Assembly: GCA_029267355.1 (NCBI GenBank)
Contig: JAJUJA010000002.1
Span: 1,386 to 65,385, forward strand
From: Elusimicrobiota bacterium
GTDB lineage: Bacteria > Elusimicrobiota > Elusimicrobia > Elusimicrobiales > UBA9959
Reading direction: 5' to 3'
DNA length: 64,000 nucleotides
The notes beneath the pieces are model-generated. The model searched no databases. It saw only the letters and a program-made list of their open reading frames with translations, and was not told the origin of the DNA. The position numbers and the translations under genes are program-made. Positions 8,480-17,758 of this stretch are shown here, in pieces; position 1 is the stretch's first letter, and every line of letters begins with the position of its first letter.

Positions 8480-9412
8480 TTAAACAGGTGCCACTATTCT
8501 CTCTAAAGTCCCCTTTTCAACCATATTCAGGGAAATTAAAAAATCATTGTGCTCAAAAGTTTCACGAAGCGGCTTCTGAGTTTTAACCCAACCCAAGCCA
8601 TCGGTAATCCACACAAAAGTATAACCGGATCCTCTCAGATGATCTTGCAATGTTTTATATTCACCTGCTGTGGATTTTAATTTGGAACCGCCTCCGCTGT
8701 AAAAATTAGTTTCTACTATGACAAGCGTTTTTTTGTTATTTATAACAAAATCGTATCTGCGTGAAGATTTATCTACAGGAACATCGTATCCAAATTTTTC
8801 TTTAATAAGACTGCTATTTGCTTCCTTTAAATAATTAAATCCATACTTTTTGCATAAACTTGAGACAAAAAATTCAACAATATTCTCCATTGCATGTCCG
8901 GAACGGTTTTTTCTGCCATTACTGTCCAAACCGGCTTCAACTCCTATGACATAATCAACCAAATTTTTTATCTTGTTTTCAGTAAACAATCTGGAAAGTC
9001 CGGTATTTTTAACAAATTTCAAAATTCTTTTTATTTCATCTTGCGACAAACCGCCCCGACCATCAAAATTAAAGTCCTCATAAACAAATTTATTTTTTGA
9101 ATAATCAACAAGAATCCTGTATCTTTTGGAAGATTCCCCGTCACGGACAAGCAAAACCGGTATCGCCGTTATAGTTTCAGGATATTGCCTTACTAAAGAC
9201 TCAAACTCCATGTCAAAATCTTTTTTTCCTATAAGGGAATTAAGCAGGTTCAGATACCTTTCCACATTTCCGGCATTCTCAAATACCTTATCCCAGTTTA
9301 CAAAGTAATTCCATAGCAGTATAGATTCTTTCAGGTTACCGATTAAATACTTAAAAACCTCATCCTTATCTTTACAATTAAGCAATTCCTCATAAAAAGG
9401 CAGATATTTCAC
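8480..9412 (-). CDS. Type II restriction endonuclease, DpnII/MboI family (GATC-type)
   Basis: Blocks recalled from R.DpnII: NLVDYVIGVEAGLDSNGRKNRSGHAMENIVE, RYDFVI...LVIVETNFYSGGGSKLKSTAGEYK and WITDGLGW...LRETF. GTG start immediately after the methyltransferase stop. Confidence 0.88.
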   Translation of the reverse strand: MKYLPFYEELLNCKDKDEVFKYLIGNLKESILLWNYFVNWDKVFENAGNVERYLNLLNSLIGKKDFDMEFESLVRQYPETITAIPVLLVRDGESSKRYRILVDYSKNKFVYEDFNFDGRGGLSQDEIKRILKFVKNTGLSRLFTENKIKNLVDYVIGVEAGLDSNGRKNRSGHAMENIVEFFVSSLCKKYGFNYLKEANSSLIKEKFGYDVPVDKSSRRYDFVINNKKTLVIVETNFYSGGGSKLKSTAGEYKTLQDHLRGSGYTFVWITDGLGWVKTQKPLRETFEHNDFLISLNMVEKGTLERIVAPV

Positions 9413-10357
9413 TTATCCCCCAAAGTGAGAGAGTAGCTGCTCTTCTTTAAATGATATGGATTTTCTAATTCTTTTCACAGCCGTTTCAAGGTAAATTTTA
9501 TCCATCTCTATGCCTATAAATTTCCTGCCCAGGTCCACTGCGGCCACCCCCGTTGTACCTGAACCCAAAAACGGATCAAGTATCAAATCCCCAGGATTAG
9601 AGCTTGCAAGTAAGATCCTTTTAAGCAACTCCAGCGGCTTTTGTGTCGGATGCTTGCCAAATTCTTTTTCAGACGATGAAGGCGGATATATATGCCAGAC
9701 ACTTTTCATCTGCTTACCACCATTCATGCGCCTCATATCCTGATAATTGAATAAATGCCTGCTTTTGGTATTCTTTGCCGCCCAAATCACTGTTTCGCTT
9801 GCGTGAGTAAAATAGCGGCATGAAAGGTTCGGCGGCGGGTTCGGCTTGACCCAAGCAATATCATTTAATATTTTAAAGCCAAGCTGCTGCATCGCAAAAC
9901 CTATGGAATGTATTACATGTGAAGTCCCGCTCACCCATATGGTTCCATTAGGTTTAAGCGCTTTTTGACAAACAGATAGCCAATCTCTATTAAATTGATG
10001 GTTTAATTCCGGCCCATTGCTTCTATCCCATTCTCCTTTGTTTACGCTAACCATTTTACCGGACTGGCAGGAAATTCCTCCATTGGAAAGGAAATAAGGC
10101 GGGTCAGCGAAAATCACATCAACAAAGCCATTAGGATAAACATTAGACATTTTTGCCAGGATATCAATACAATCTCCGTGATACAAAGTGATATTTTTTT
10201 TGGAATCACTAAAAAAAGGCTGGATGCCAGCACCGCAGTAATGACTTACTGAATTTTCAGCAATAGAATGTGCATTTTTGCGAAAATATTTTGAATGCTT
10301 AAGATAAACCTTAGATGTTTTTCTTATTTTTTTTTCAGATTTCAGTTTTGCCTTCAT
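9413..10357 (-). CDS. Beta-class N6-adenine/N4-cytosine DNA methyltransferase (DpnA/M.MboI-B-like)
   Basis: Motif IV FADPPYF precedes motif I ILDPFLGSGTTGVAA. This IV-to-I order defines the beta class. The gene abuts the DpnII-type endonuclease gene. Confidence 0.88.
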   Translation of the reverse strand: MKAKLKSEKKIRKTSKVYLKHSKYFRKNAHSIAENSVSHYCGAGIQPFFSDSKKNITLYHGDCIDILAKMSNVYPNGFVDVIFADPPYFLSNGGISCQSGKMVSVNKGEWDRSNGPELNHQFNRDWLSVCQKALKPNGTIWVSGTSHVIHSIGFAMQQLGFKILNDIAWVKPNPPPNLSCRYFTHASETVIWAAKNTKSRHLFNYQDMRRMNGGKQMKSVWHIYPPSSSEKEFGKHPTQKPLELLKRILLASSNPGDLILDPFLGSGTTGVAAVDLGRKFIGIEMDKIYLETAVKRIRKSISFKEEQLLSHFGG

Positions 10358-10424
10358 AATTGGGACAATTTAGCACCTTATCTACCCTATTATATACATT
10401 TTCAAGAACCGCAGCCATATCCGC

Positions 10425-10433
10425 ATTCTAACA
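10425..10433 (-). promoter_or_regulatory. Extended -10 (TGTTAGAAT) upstream of the methyltransferase/endonuclease block
   Basis: The minus strand reads TGTTAGAAT (10433->10425), about 68 nt upstream of the methyltransferase ATG at 10357. The same 9-mer occurs at 24260->24252 and 47456-47464. Confidence 0.4.
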
Positions 10434-10569
10434 CATATACGCGACAGGGACATGTCGCGGAAAATATAAAGCGGAAAATCAACAGGCAAATTTAACAGCC
10501 ATTTTTAATTCTTTAAATACAGGCAGCATCCGCCTTTATAACAGACAAAAGCCGCAATGAACAAATGCT

Positions 10570-11865
10570 TCAGTTTGATACGCTCTCCCCTTTATAAAAA
10601 CCGTCCTTATCCAATTTCAAACCTATATCCTTTCTGTAATGCTTGCCTTCAAAATTAATTCTTTCCGCCTTTTTATACGCTAAAGCCAAAGCTGCGCTGT
10701 GATTTTCTCCCAAAGCCGACACAGTTAATACCCTGCCGCCGGCAGTATAATATTTCCCGTTTTCAAATTTTGTCCCGGCATGAAAAATATTTATCCCTTC
10801 CTCTTTTTCAAGGCCGCTTATTTCATCGCCTTTTCTCGGATTTTCGGGGTAGCCGCTTGAGGCAAGCACCACGCATGCGCAGGCGCCGCTTTTAACTTCG
10901 GCTTCTTCTTTTTGAAGCTTCCCGCCGCAGGCCGCATCATATAAAAGTCCGGCCAAATCCTCATTCAAAAGAGGCAGTACAGCCTGCGTCTCAGGGTCGC
11001 CGAAACGGCAATTAAATTCCAGAACCTTAGGCCCGTTTTTTGTTATCATAAGGCCGGCGTATATTACGCCTCTGTAATCTATCTTCTCGGTAACTATGCC
11101 TGTTATAAAGCGCCAGAGAATCTCATTTTTTATTTCATCCAAAAGTTCTTCTTTAAGCTTGACCGGGCATATCGCGCCCATGCCGCCTGTATTGGGCCCT
11201 TTATCCGAGTCCAAAAGTCTTTTATGGTCCATTGACACAGGAAGCATCGTAAAAGTTTTGCCGTCAACCACCGCCATCACCGAGCATTCCCAGCCTTCTA
11301 AAAATTCCTCTATCACTATCTTGGAGCCCGAGCAGCCGAAAATCCTTTTCTCCATAAAATCCTGCGCCGCCGCAATAGCTTCATTTTCATTGAAACATAT
11401 CCTCACTCCCTTACCGGCCGCCAGGCCGTCCGCCTTAACGACAATAGGATATTTGTTCCTTTCCTTTATGTATTCCTTCGCATAAGAAAAATCGTAAATT
11501 ATCTTAAAATCGGCGGTAGGTATATAATGCCTGTTCATAAACTCCTTGGCCACCTGTTTTGAAGACTCTAAAACGGCGCCCCTGAGTTTAGGGCCGAAAA
11601 CCTTTATCCCCTTTTTCTCCAAAAAATCAGATATGCCCTTGCATAAAGGCTCTTCGGGACCGGCCACAACCAGATCTATTTTTTCATCAAGACAAAAAGC
11701 CGCTATTTTTTCAAAATCCAAAGCGGCTATATCCCGGCTGTCGGCTATTTCTGAAATCGCTTTTGAGTAAGGCAGCTGGAAAAGTTTTGCGGTTTGAGGG
11801 CTTTCTTTCAATTTCGCGCACAAGGCATGCTCCCTGGCGCCCGCGCCTATAACAAGTATATTCAT
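10570..11865 (-). CDS. purD: Phosphoribosylamine--glycine ligase
   Basis: Starts MNILVIGAGAREHAL with an ATP-grasp body. I prefer the ATG at 11865 (GGAGG SD at about 11872) over the track start at 11976, which would overlap purF by about 100 nt. Confidence 0.93.
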   Translation of the reverse strand: MNILVIGAGAREHALCAKLKESPQTAKLFQLPYSKAISEIADSRDIAALDFEKIAAFCLDEKIDLVVAGPEEPLCKGISDFLEKKGIKVFGPKLRGAVLESSKQVAKEFMNRHYIPTADFKIIYDFSYAKEYIKERNKYPIVVKADGLAAGKGVRICFNENEAIAAAQDFMEKRIFGCSGSKIVIEEFLEGWECSVMAVVDGKTFTMLPVSMDHKRLLDSDKGPNTGGMGAICPVKLKEELLDEIKNEILWRFITGIVTEKIDYRGVIYAGLMITKNGPKVLEFNCRFGDPETQAVLPLLNEDLAGLLYDAACGGKLQKEEAEVKSGACACVVLASSGYPENPRKGDEISGLEKEEGINIFHAGTKFENGKYYTAGGRVLTVSALGENHSAALALAYKKAERINFEGKHYRKDIGLKLDKDGFYKGESVSN

Positions 11866-11875
11866 AAAACCTCCG

Positions 11876-13213
11876 TTACACCGGGTAGGAACCGTCAAAA
11901 CAGGCGCTGCAAAAACCCCTGTCGCCCCGGCCGCAGGCTTTGATGAGATTTTCAAGCGACAGATAATGCAGTTCATCAGCGCCGATAAATTTTCTTATTC
12001 TTTCAATTTCCTTGAGACGAAACGCTATGAGCTCTTTTTGCGTAGGAGTGTCTATGCCGTAAAAACAGGGAGCAATTATCGGCGGGGAGGCTATGGCCAT
12101 TATGATCTTTTTCGCGCCGGCTTTTCTTAAACTGCCTATGATTTTAGATGAGGTTGTGCCTCTCACCAGAGAATCGTCTATAAGCACTATTTTCCTGCCG
12201 TAAATGGCGTCTTTTATCGGCGCCAGCTTAAGATGCGCCGTAAATTCCCGCATTTTCTGATCCGGCTGTATGAAAGACCTTCCGGCATAATGATTTCTCA
12301 TAAAAACGGGAACATAGGGAATGCCGGAAGCTTTTGAAAAGCCAAGGGCATAAGATGTTCCCGAATCAGGCACGCCGGAGACTATATCAGCCTTCAATGA
12401 CTTCAGCTCCCTGAAAAGGTGCTGGCCTATCAAATATCTGGCATTCTGAACAGTCTGTCCGCATATAATTGAATCAGGTCTGGCAAAATATACCTGCTCA
12501 AAGATGCAGCGGCTTTTCCTTTCGGGCGCGGCAAATCTGAAAAAAGATATCCTGCCGCCTCTTACCACGGCCGCCTCGCCCGGCTCTATTTCCCTTATGA
12601 TATCCGCGCCTATGACGCTGGCCGCGCAGGTCTCTGAGGCAAAAATAAAGGCCTTGCCTTTTTTTGCCAGTATAAGAGGCCTGAAGCCGTAAGGGTCTCT
12701 GGCGGCAAGCAGGGCGTCTTTATGCAAAAAAAGAAAAGAGTAGGCGCCTTTCAATTTCGGCAGCTGATCAGCGGCCGCCGAAACGAAATCTTTTTGGGAA
12801 CTTCTGCTTATAAGATGTATGATGATTTCGCTGTCGGTGTCGGACTGAAAAATGGCGCCTGAATTAACCAGCTCGGACTTTATCTCAGCCGCATTCACTA
12901 TGTTTCCGTTATGAGCAGCTGCCGCTTCGCCGTATTTACATTTGAAATATATGGGCTGCGAATTGTTTACCGTGCTGGAGCCGGCAGTGGAATATCTCAC
13001 ATGACCTATGGCCGTATCTCCCTCAAGCGACGACAGTATGGACGGATTAAAGACTTCATTTACCAGCCCCATGCCGTTATAGTATGAGAGACGTCCTTTA
13101 TTCAGGGAGGCGATTCCGGCGGATTCCTGGCCCCTGTGCTGCAAAGTAAAAAGCGCTATGTATGAAAGTTTCGCGCTCTCCTTATCGCCGGATATTCCAA
13201 AAATGCCGCACAT
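11876..13213 (-). CDS. purF: Amidophosphoribosyltransferase
   Basis: N-terminal MCGIFGI nucleophile and the PRPP-binding loop LIDDSLVRGTT. GGAGG SD upstream. Confidence 0.95.
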   Translation of the reverse strand: MCGIFGISGDKESAKLSYIALFTLQHRGQESAGIASLNKGRLSYYNGMGLVNEVFNPSILSSLEGDTAIGHVRYSTAGSSTVNNSQPIYFKCKYGEAAAAHNGNIVNAAEIKSELVNSGAIFQSDTDSEIIIHLISRSSQKDFVSAAADQLPKLKGAYSFLFLHKDALLAARDPYGFRPLILAKKGKAFIFASETCAASVIGADIIREIEPGEAAVVRGGRISFFRFAAPERKSRCIFEQVYFARPDSIICGQTVQNARYLIGQHLFRELKSLKADIVSGVPDSGTSYALGFSKASGIPYVPVFMRNHYAGRSFIQPDQKMREFTAHLKLAPIKDAIYGRKIVLIDDSLVRGTTSSKIIGSLRKAGAKKIIMAIASPPIIAPCFYGIDTPTQKELIAFRLKEIERIRKFIGADELHYLSLENLIKACGRGDRGFCSACFDGSYPV

Positions 13214-13246
13214 AAAGCCTCCGCCGGAAAAAATAAATCTTAGAAA

Positions 13247-14494
13247 TTAAAACCTGTAATCCGCGCCGAAAGTGGCAAACCAGCCTTCAAGGGAGTATTT
13301 AACCGCTCCCTCTTTTCTGCTGCCCTTGCCGTAAAGCAGGCCTGCAGTCAAATCCCAGGCCGAAAGCTTCTTCTTTACGCCGGCCGAAAACCTGTGCATA
13401 GGCACATCAACCGCGCTGGAAAAGTCTATGCTGTCCTTATCTATGGCCGGCGTATCAAAAGCATAGCCGCCCATATAGGAAAAATCATCGCCTAAGCTTT
13501 TTTCAAAGCCGAGTCTGAATTTTATTGAAGTTCTCCAGTCAAAAGTTTTCGGCTGATTGACCAGTGTTGTCTGCGGAGTATCCATTGTTATCTTGTTTGA
13601 GAATCCGTTCCACCAGGTCTGGGAAAAATCAGCGCCTATTTTTAAAGTCTTATCATATTTGTAAAGGGCGCCTATGGTTGATGTGGGCGGCTGCTTGACC
13701 TTGAAAGTAAAATCTGATTTTTCAGTCAGCGCGCCGTTCGTATATGCCTTGGCCTTGCCCTCTATTTTGACCGTGCCTCCCGTTCTGAAAACGGCAGAAC
13801 CGGTCAGTTTATCATTGAAGTCATATTTTAACCCGCCTATGCCTTCAAAACCAAGCCCTGTGCCCGAAAGTTTGGTTTTCAATTCAAGAGTAAAAGGCCA
13901 TGTAACGCCAAGCTTTGTCTCTCCGTTTAAAATACCGTTCAGGGCATTAAGGCCGAAACCGGCTGAAAACTTAGGGCTTAGTATAACTGAATACGAAACA
14001 TTGGCGACAACCAGCCCGGCAAAACTTTTGGTGTCTATCTTGCTGTAAAGCGGATTCAGGGATTTATCATCCTCAAAATCCACGCTGTTCATAAGCGGCG
14101 TAAAAAAACCGAAGCCGAGAGCAGATTTTTCGTTCAAAGGCATAACGGCGCCGCCTGAACCGAGAATGAAAGATGAATCCTGATGTTTTTTCGCAAAATT
14201 ATTGTCCGTGCCGTTAATTTTTATTGAGTTTCCGTCCTTAACATTCATCTGGCCCGGTCTGGCTTCAAGTCCGGCCTGTTTAGGCGAGCCGGCTATCCCT
14301 GCCGGATTCCAGTAAACATGCGCCCAGCCGCCATTATCTGCCGAAACGGCGCCGCCTTTCAATACTTCGCCGCTTCCTACGCCGTCAAATTCATAACCGG
14401 ATGAAAAAGCGCCTTTTACAAAGACAAAAAGCGCAAGGACAGCTAATAACTTAACCGGCAATTTTTTTAAGCTTAAGCGTAATGAGAACCCCAT
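13247..14494 (-). CDS. Outer-membrane beta-barrel protein, FadL/OmpP1-like (hydrophobic-compound channel family)
   Basis: Signal peptide (LPVKLLAVLALFVFVKGAFS), alternating beta-strand pattern and a terminal aromatic residue (...GADYRF). I prefer the ATG at 14494, preceded by AAGGAG. The track start at 14515 is a TTG. Confidence 0.6.
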   Translation of the reverse strand: MGFSLRLSLKKLPVKLLAVLALFVFVKGAFSSGYEFDGVGSGEVLKGGAVSADNGGWAHVYWNPAGIAGSPKQAGLEARPGQMNVKDGNSIKINGTDNNFAKKHQDSSFILGSGGAVMPLNEKSALGFGFFTPLMNSVDFEDDKSLNPLYSKIDTKSFAGLVVANVSYSVILSPKFSAGFGLNALNGILNGETKLGVTWPFTLELKTKLSGTGLGFEGIGGLKYDFNDKLTGSAVFRTGGTVKIEGKAKAYTNGALTEKSDFTFKVKQPPTSTIGALYKYDKTLKIGADFSQTWWNGFSNKITMDTPQTTLVNQPKTFDWRTSIKFRLGFEKSLGDDFSYMGGYAFDTPAIDKDSIDFSSAVDVPMHRFSAGVKKKLSAWDLTAGLLYGKGSRKEGAVKYSLEGWFATFGADYRF

Positions 14495-15755
14495 ATTTAT
14501 CTCCTTTGTTTTCAAGTTTTATTTGAGCGTCATTCTGATCGCACAGGTCTTTGACTATCATAAGCCCCAGACCTGAGCCGTCTTTTTTGGTTGTGAAGGA
14601 ATCCTTAAAGGCCGCCCCAAGCATATTCTCAGGGAAAGCCGGACCATTGTCAAATATCTCCACAAACAAAAAATCTTCATCCTCTCGGCAATTTACTTTT
14701 ATAAGTTTTTTCTCATTTTTTTCGCCTTCAAAAGCTTCAACGGCGTTTTTAAGAAGATTGAATATAACGGTATAAAATTCACTGGGATTGAAATATGCCT
14801 TTTCATTTTCAACTTTTGAGACGGAGAATTCATATCCTATATCAGCCGAATAAAATTTCATCACCGTTATTGTATTTTCAACTATCTCGCAAATATTCGC
14901 CTGCCGGCTTTGATAGTCCTGACCTTTTCTGGCATAGGCGACAATGGCTTCCATAGACTGCGAAAGTTTGTCTATGGAGTCCTGTATGGCGCCGAAACGC
15001 CTTTCGTCATTTCTTATCTCTTCATTTTTTCTGGACATCTTTATGTAGTTTTTTATCAATGTTAAGGGCGTTCTCATATCATGAACCACTCTGTGAGCTA
15101 TAAGACCGAGATTACCCTGCTTTTCCAATTGAGCGTATTTGGCTATGAGCATCTCCCTTTCCCTGGCCTCGGAGCTGAGTTTATTCTTGACATTTTCGTA
15201 TATAAGATTGGCGCTGTATGCCACTGTAGCCATAAATGAAACGGTGGAAAATGAAACTATAAAGGTTGTAAGAGGACTGTCATATATAGCTCTGGCGCCG
15301 CTGCTGTAAACCGGCAGCGTTCCAAAAAACTCAAGACAAATAACGAGAGTATAACTGAGTATGCCGAAATACGGCGAATATCTGTTCGCTATTCCGCCTA
15401 TATTTTCAAAAATATAAACGCAAAAATAGAGGAAAATGAAAGGCGAAGTTATGCCGCCGCTTAAATGTATGACAGCCGCCAGAACTATAAAGGCAAAAGC
15501 GCTTAGCAGTCCTGTTACTTTTGTAAATCTTTTCTCCGGGATTTTATGATAGGTTAAATAGAAAATAAAATACGAGATTGAGGAAATCAAAGCTATTATT
15601 CCCATCAGCTTCGGAAATGGAAAATCTGTAAAAAAAATAACCAGCGAAGCCAAAAAATTAAACTCGCCGGTTATAAGCGCCTGTCTTTTGACGGAATCGC
15701 CGGCTATTATATTTTTGTAAATTCTTTCTGTGATGCTTTTTCTTTGGGCGCTCAC
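14451..15755 (-). CDS. Membrane sensor histidine kinase (polytopic N-terminal domain); no cognate regulator adjacent
   Basis: About 6 N-terminal TM segments. H-box AHRVVHDMRTPL, N-box FNLLKNAVEA and G-boxes FDNGPAF and GSGLGL. Confidence 0.85.
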   Translation of the reverse strand: MSAQRKSITERIYKNIIAGDSVKRQALITGEFNFLASLVIFFTDFPFPKLMGIIALISSISYFIFYLTYHKIPEKRFTKVTGLLSAFAFIVLAAVIHLSGGITSPFIFLYFCVYIFENIGGIANRYSPYFGILSYTLVICLEFFGTLPVYSSGARAIYDSPLTTFIVSFSTVSFMATVAYSANLIYENVKNKLSSEAREREMLIAKYAQLEKQGNLGLIAHRVVHDMRTPLTLIKNYIKMSRKNEEIRNDERRFGAIQDSIDKLSQSMEAIVAYARKGQDYQSRQANICEIVENTITVMKFYSADIGYEFSVSKVENEKAYFNPSEFYTVIFNLLKNAVEAFEGEKNEKKLIKVNCREDEDFLFVEIFDNGPAFPENMLGAAFKDSFTTKKDGSGLGLMIVKDLCDQNDAQIKLENKGDKYGVLITLKLKKIAG

Positions 15756-16282
15756 TTTTCAAATTCCCCCTGCCAGTATCTGACAAAAGTCGGCGCAATA
15801 AGCATAAGAAGCGAATAACCCATTATCAATTCCCAAGGCAAATTAAAGAAGGGTATTATCCCCCAATCCCAGCCCAGCACATCAATATTGTAAGTCCATA
15901 CGCCGAAATGCGCACCGACGGCTTCCATGGGCAGGCAGATAAAAATAGCCGTCACTATGTCAAAAAGAAATATCCTTTTATCTTTATCCGCAATAGGATC
16001 TTTCTTAAAAACAAGCCGGAACAATTTTTCCGAAATTATCGGCACCAGCGTAAGCATTATCATCCAGCCGGTTATAACAGCCGCGGGAGTATCTCTGTAA
16101 AAATTTATTCTGAAATTATAATCCCACAGTGGTTCCGTGGCTATCTCCCAAAAAACGCCGACTATGCCGGCGGCTATCAGCTCGCCCAGAACATTTCTCT
16201 TTGCGTATTTCTTGAAAAGCCACCACAATAAAGGCGCCTGCACAAAGCCGATTATTTCCAGCACTATCAGCGTTTTGCTCAT
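15752..16282 (-). CDS. Polytopic membrane protein, possibly a fused two-repeat relative of the lycopene-cyclase domain
   Basis: 176 aa with about 6 TM segments. Two internal segments (WEIATEPLWDY and NLPWELIMGY) sit where the neighbouring genes carry P-I-E-E. This assignment is weak. Confidence 0.4.
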   Translation of the reverse strand: MSKTLIVLEIIGFVQAPLLWWLFKKYAKRNVLGELIAAGIVGVFWEIATEPLWDYNFRINFYRDTPAAVITGWMIMLTLVPIISEKLFRLVFKKDPIADKDKRIFLFDIVTAIFICLPMEAVGAHFGVWTYNIDVLGWDWGIIPFFNLPWELIMGYSLLMLIAPTFVRYWQGEFEK

Positions 16283-16665
16283 TTTCCCGAATCTCTCTTT
16301 TTAAAATAATTTTCAATAACAAGCATAAGCAGAACCACAAAAAGCGGCGGAAACCAGTAATATAAGAGCGGCTCTTCTATGGGAACGCCGAAAATGGTCT
16401 GGCCGACAGTGCGGTTCGGGTTCCATACCCAATGACCGCGGCTTACAGACATTATCTCGCAGGCAAACATAAGTATCTCAAAGGTTATTATCATCGCTAT
16501 GGCGGCATACCAGTTCAGAGTTTCTTTGGCGGCCTTGTAAAAAGGGACAACAATGAGAAAGAAAGGCGCAGCCAGTATAACCGTGGCCGGCCACCTCTTT
16601 TGCTCTTTCGGCGCGGCGGCGGCTTTATTTTCGTCCTGTTTTTCTTTTATCTCTTCTTCAGGCAT
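16279..16665 (-). CDS. Lycopene cyclase domain-containing membrane protein (CrtYc/CrtYd-like half-size subunit)
   Basis: 128 aa with about 3 TM segments. The block HWVWNPNRTVGQTIFGVPIEEPLLYYWF matches the W..(n)..G..hPhEE.hhh signature of the heterodimeric lycopene beta-cyclase domain. Confidence 0.6.
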   Translation of the reverse strand: MPEEEIKEKQDENKAAAAPKEQKRWPATVILAAPFFLIVVPFYKAAKETLNWYAAIAMIITFEILMFACEIMSVSRGHWVWNPNRTVGQTIFGVPIEEPLLYYWFPPLFVVLLMLVIENYFKKRDSGK

Positions 16666-16996
16666 TTTTATTCCTTGATTTCAATTTTTCAAAAAGGCGG
16701 CAATAAGCGAGATAAAGCGAAAGGCAGAAAGGAGTGGCGCCGAACCAGTAAACATATTCCTCTATAGGCGCCTTCCATATCCATATGCCGAGCAGCGGAT
16801 CTATCCTCTCTGAAAATCCCCATACGTCAAATTTCAAGTACAAATATTCCATAATGACCGAAACAACGGCCATTATGAAAACTGTAAGCCAGAAGGCTTT
16901 CCTTGTATAAGTCTGCAGCGGCCTGTAAAGAAATATCAAAAACAGAATTGAAGGGACCCAGAAAAGAACGGTATATGAAATGAAATAAACCGGCAT
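16658..16996 (-). CDS. Lycopene cyclase domain-containing membrane protein (second half-size subunit)
   Basis: 112 aa with about 3 TM segments. The block DVWGFSERIDPLLGIWIWKAPIEEYVYWFG shows the same signature. It overlaps the next gene by 8 nt. Confidence 0.6.
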   Translation of the reverse strand: MPVYFISYTVLFWVPSILFLIFLYRPLQTYTRKAFWLTVFIMAVVSVIMEYLYLKFDVWGFSERIDPLLGIWIWKAPIEEYVYWFGATPFCLSLYLAYCRLFEKLKSRNKNA

Positions 16997-17002
16997 AGCT
17001 TA

Positions 17003-17008
17003 ATTATA
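17003..17008 (-). promoter_or_regulatory. TATAAT 6 nt upstream of the ATG at 16996; candidate internal leaderless promoter of the membrane cassette
   Basis: The minus strand reads TATAAT (17008->17003), TAAGCT, then ATG (16996). It lies in the 27-nt gap after the purQ stop. No SD is present. Confidence 0.45.
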
Positions 17009-17023
17009 TAAATAAAGCGGCCT

Positions 17024-17758
17024 TCACGAGCAATAATCCACAGCGTTCTTAAAAAACATAAAACCGGCCGATAAAAAATTCTTTCCTTCCTTTTTTTGAC
17101 CCTGAACGCCGAAAAAATTCCTCTCCGGATGCGGCATAAGCCCCAGCACATTGCCGCGGCTGCTGCATATACCCGCTATGTCCGCCGCCGAGCCGTTGGG
17201 ATTTTCGACGTAGAAAACAGGCGCCAGATTGCCGGCCAATATCGCTTCAAGGTCTTTTTTGTCCCGCGGCAGGAATTTGCCTTCGCCATGCGCTATGGGA
17301 AGCTCTATCTCCTCAGGCAGGCCTTTTGTGAATATGCAGGGGCTTTTGGGATTGACCTTCAACTTTACCCATTTGCAGATGAAACGGCCGCAATCATTTA
17401 AAAAAAGCGTGGCCCTTCTTTCTCCGCAAGGATTTTCCGGGAGATAACCCGTTTTAACCAGGACTTGAAAGCCGTTGCAAATGCCTATAACCGGTTTGCC
17501 CGCTTTTATAAAATTTTCAAAGTCTTTCTTTAAGGACCTTATTTTAAGCGCAAATATCTGACCGGCTGAAATATCATCGCCGTATGAAAATCCGCCGGGC
17601 AGCGCCAGAATATCATAATCTGAAATTTTCTTAAAACCTTTCAGTATCTCGTTTATGTGAACTGTTTCAGCCTTCGCTCCGCAATAATTGAAAGCGGCTG
17701 CAGTTTCCATATCGCAGTTGGTGGCAGCGCCTCTTAAGATCAAGGCCTTGGGTTTCAT
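17024..17758 (-). CDS. purQ: Phosphoribosylformylglycinamidine synthase subunit I (glutaminase)
   Basis: Class I amidotransferase nucleophile elbow GICNGFQ, the catalytic HGE (PIAHGEG) and MPHPER near the C-terminus. Confidence 0.93.
   Translation of the reverse strand: MKPKALILRGAATNCDMETAAAFNYCGAKAETVHINEILKGFKKISDYDILALPGGFSYGDDISAGQIFALKIRSLKKDFENFIKAGKPVIGICNGFQVLVKTGYLPENPCGERRATLFLNDCGRFICKWVKLKVNPKSPCIFTKGLPEEIELPIAHGEGKFLPRDKKDLEAILAGNLAPVFYVENPNGSAADIAGICSSRGNVLGLMPHPERNFFGVQGQKKEGKNFLSAGFMFFKNAVDYCS

Noticed and set aside
10440-10459. The hairpin CGCGACA-gggaca-TGTCGCG as the purD terminator.
   Set aside because: It has no U-run on the minus strand, where it is followed by TATATGTG, and it lies 110 nt past the purD stop. 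It could be a weak terminator or an operator next to the TGTTAGAAT element, and I cannot tell which.
11866-11976. A 37-aa N-terminal extension of purD in the track (MNCIICRLK...).
   Set aside because: It would overlap purF by about 100 nt. The conserved PurD N-terminus MNILVIGAGAREHA starts at 11865 and has its own GGAGG SD.
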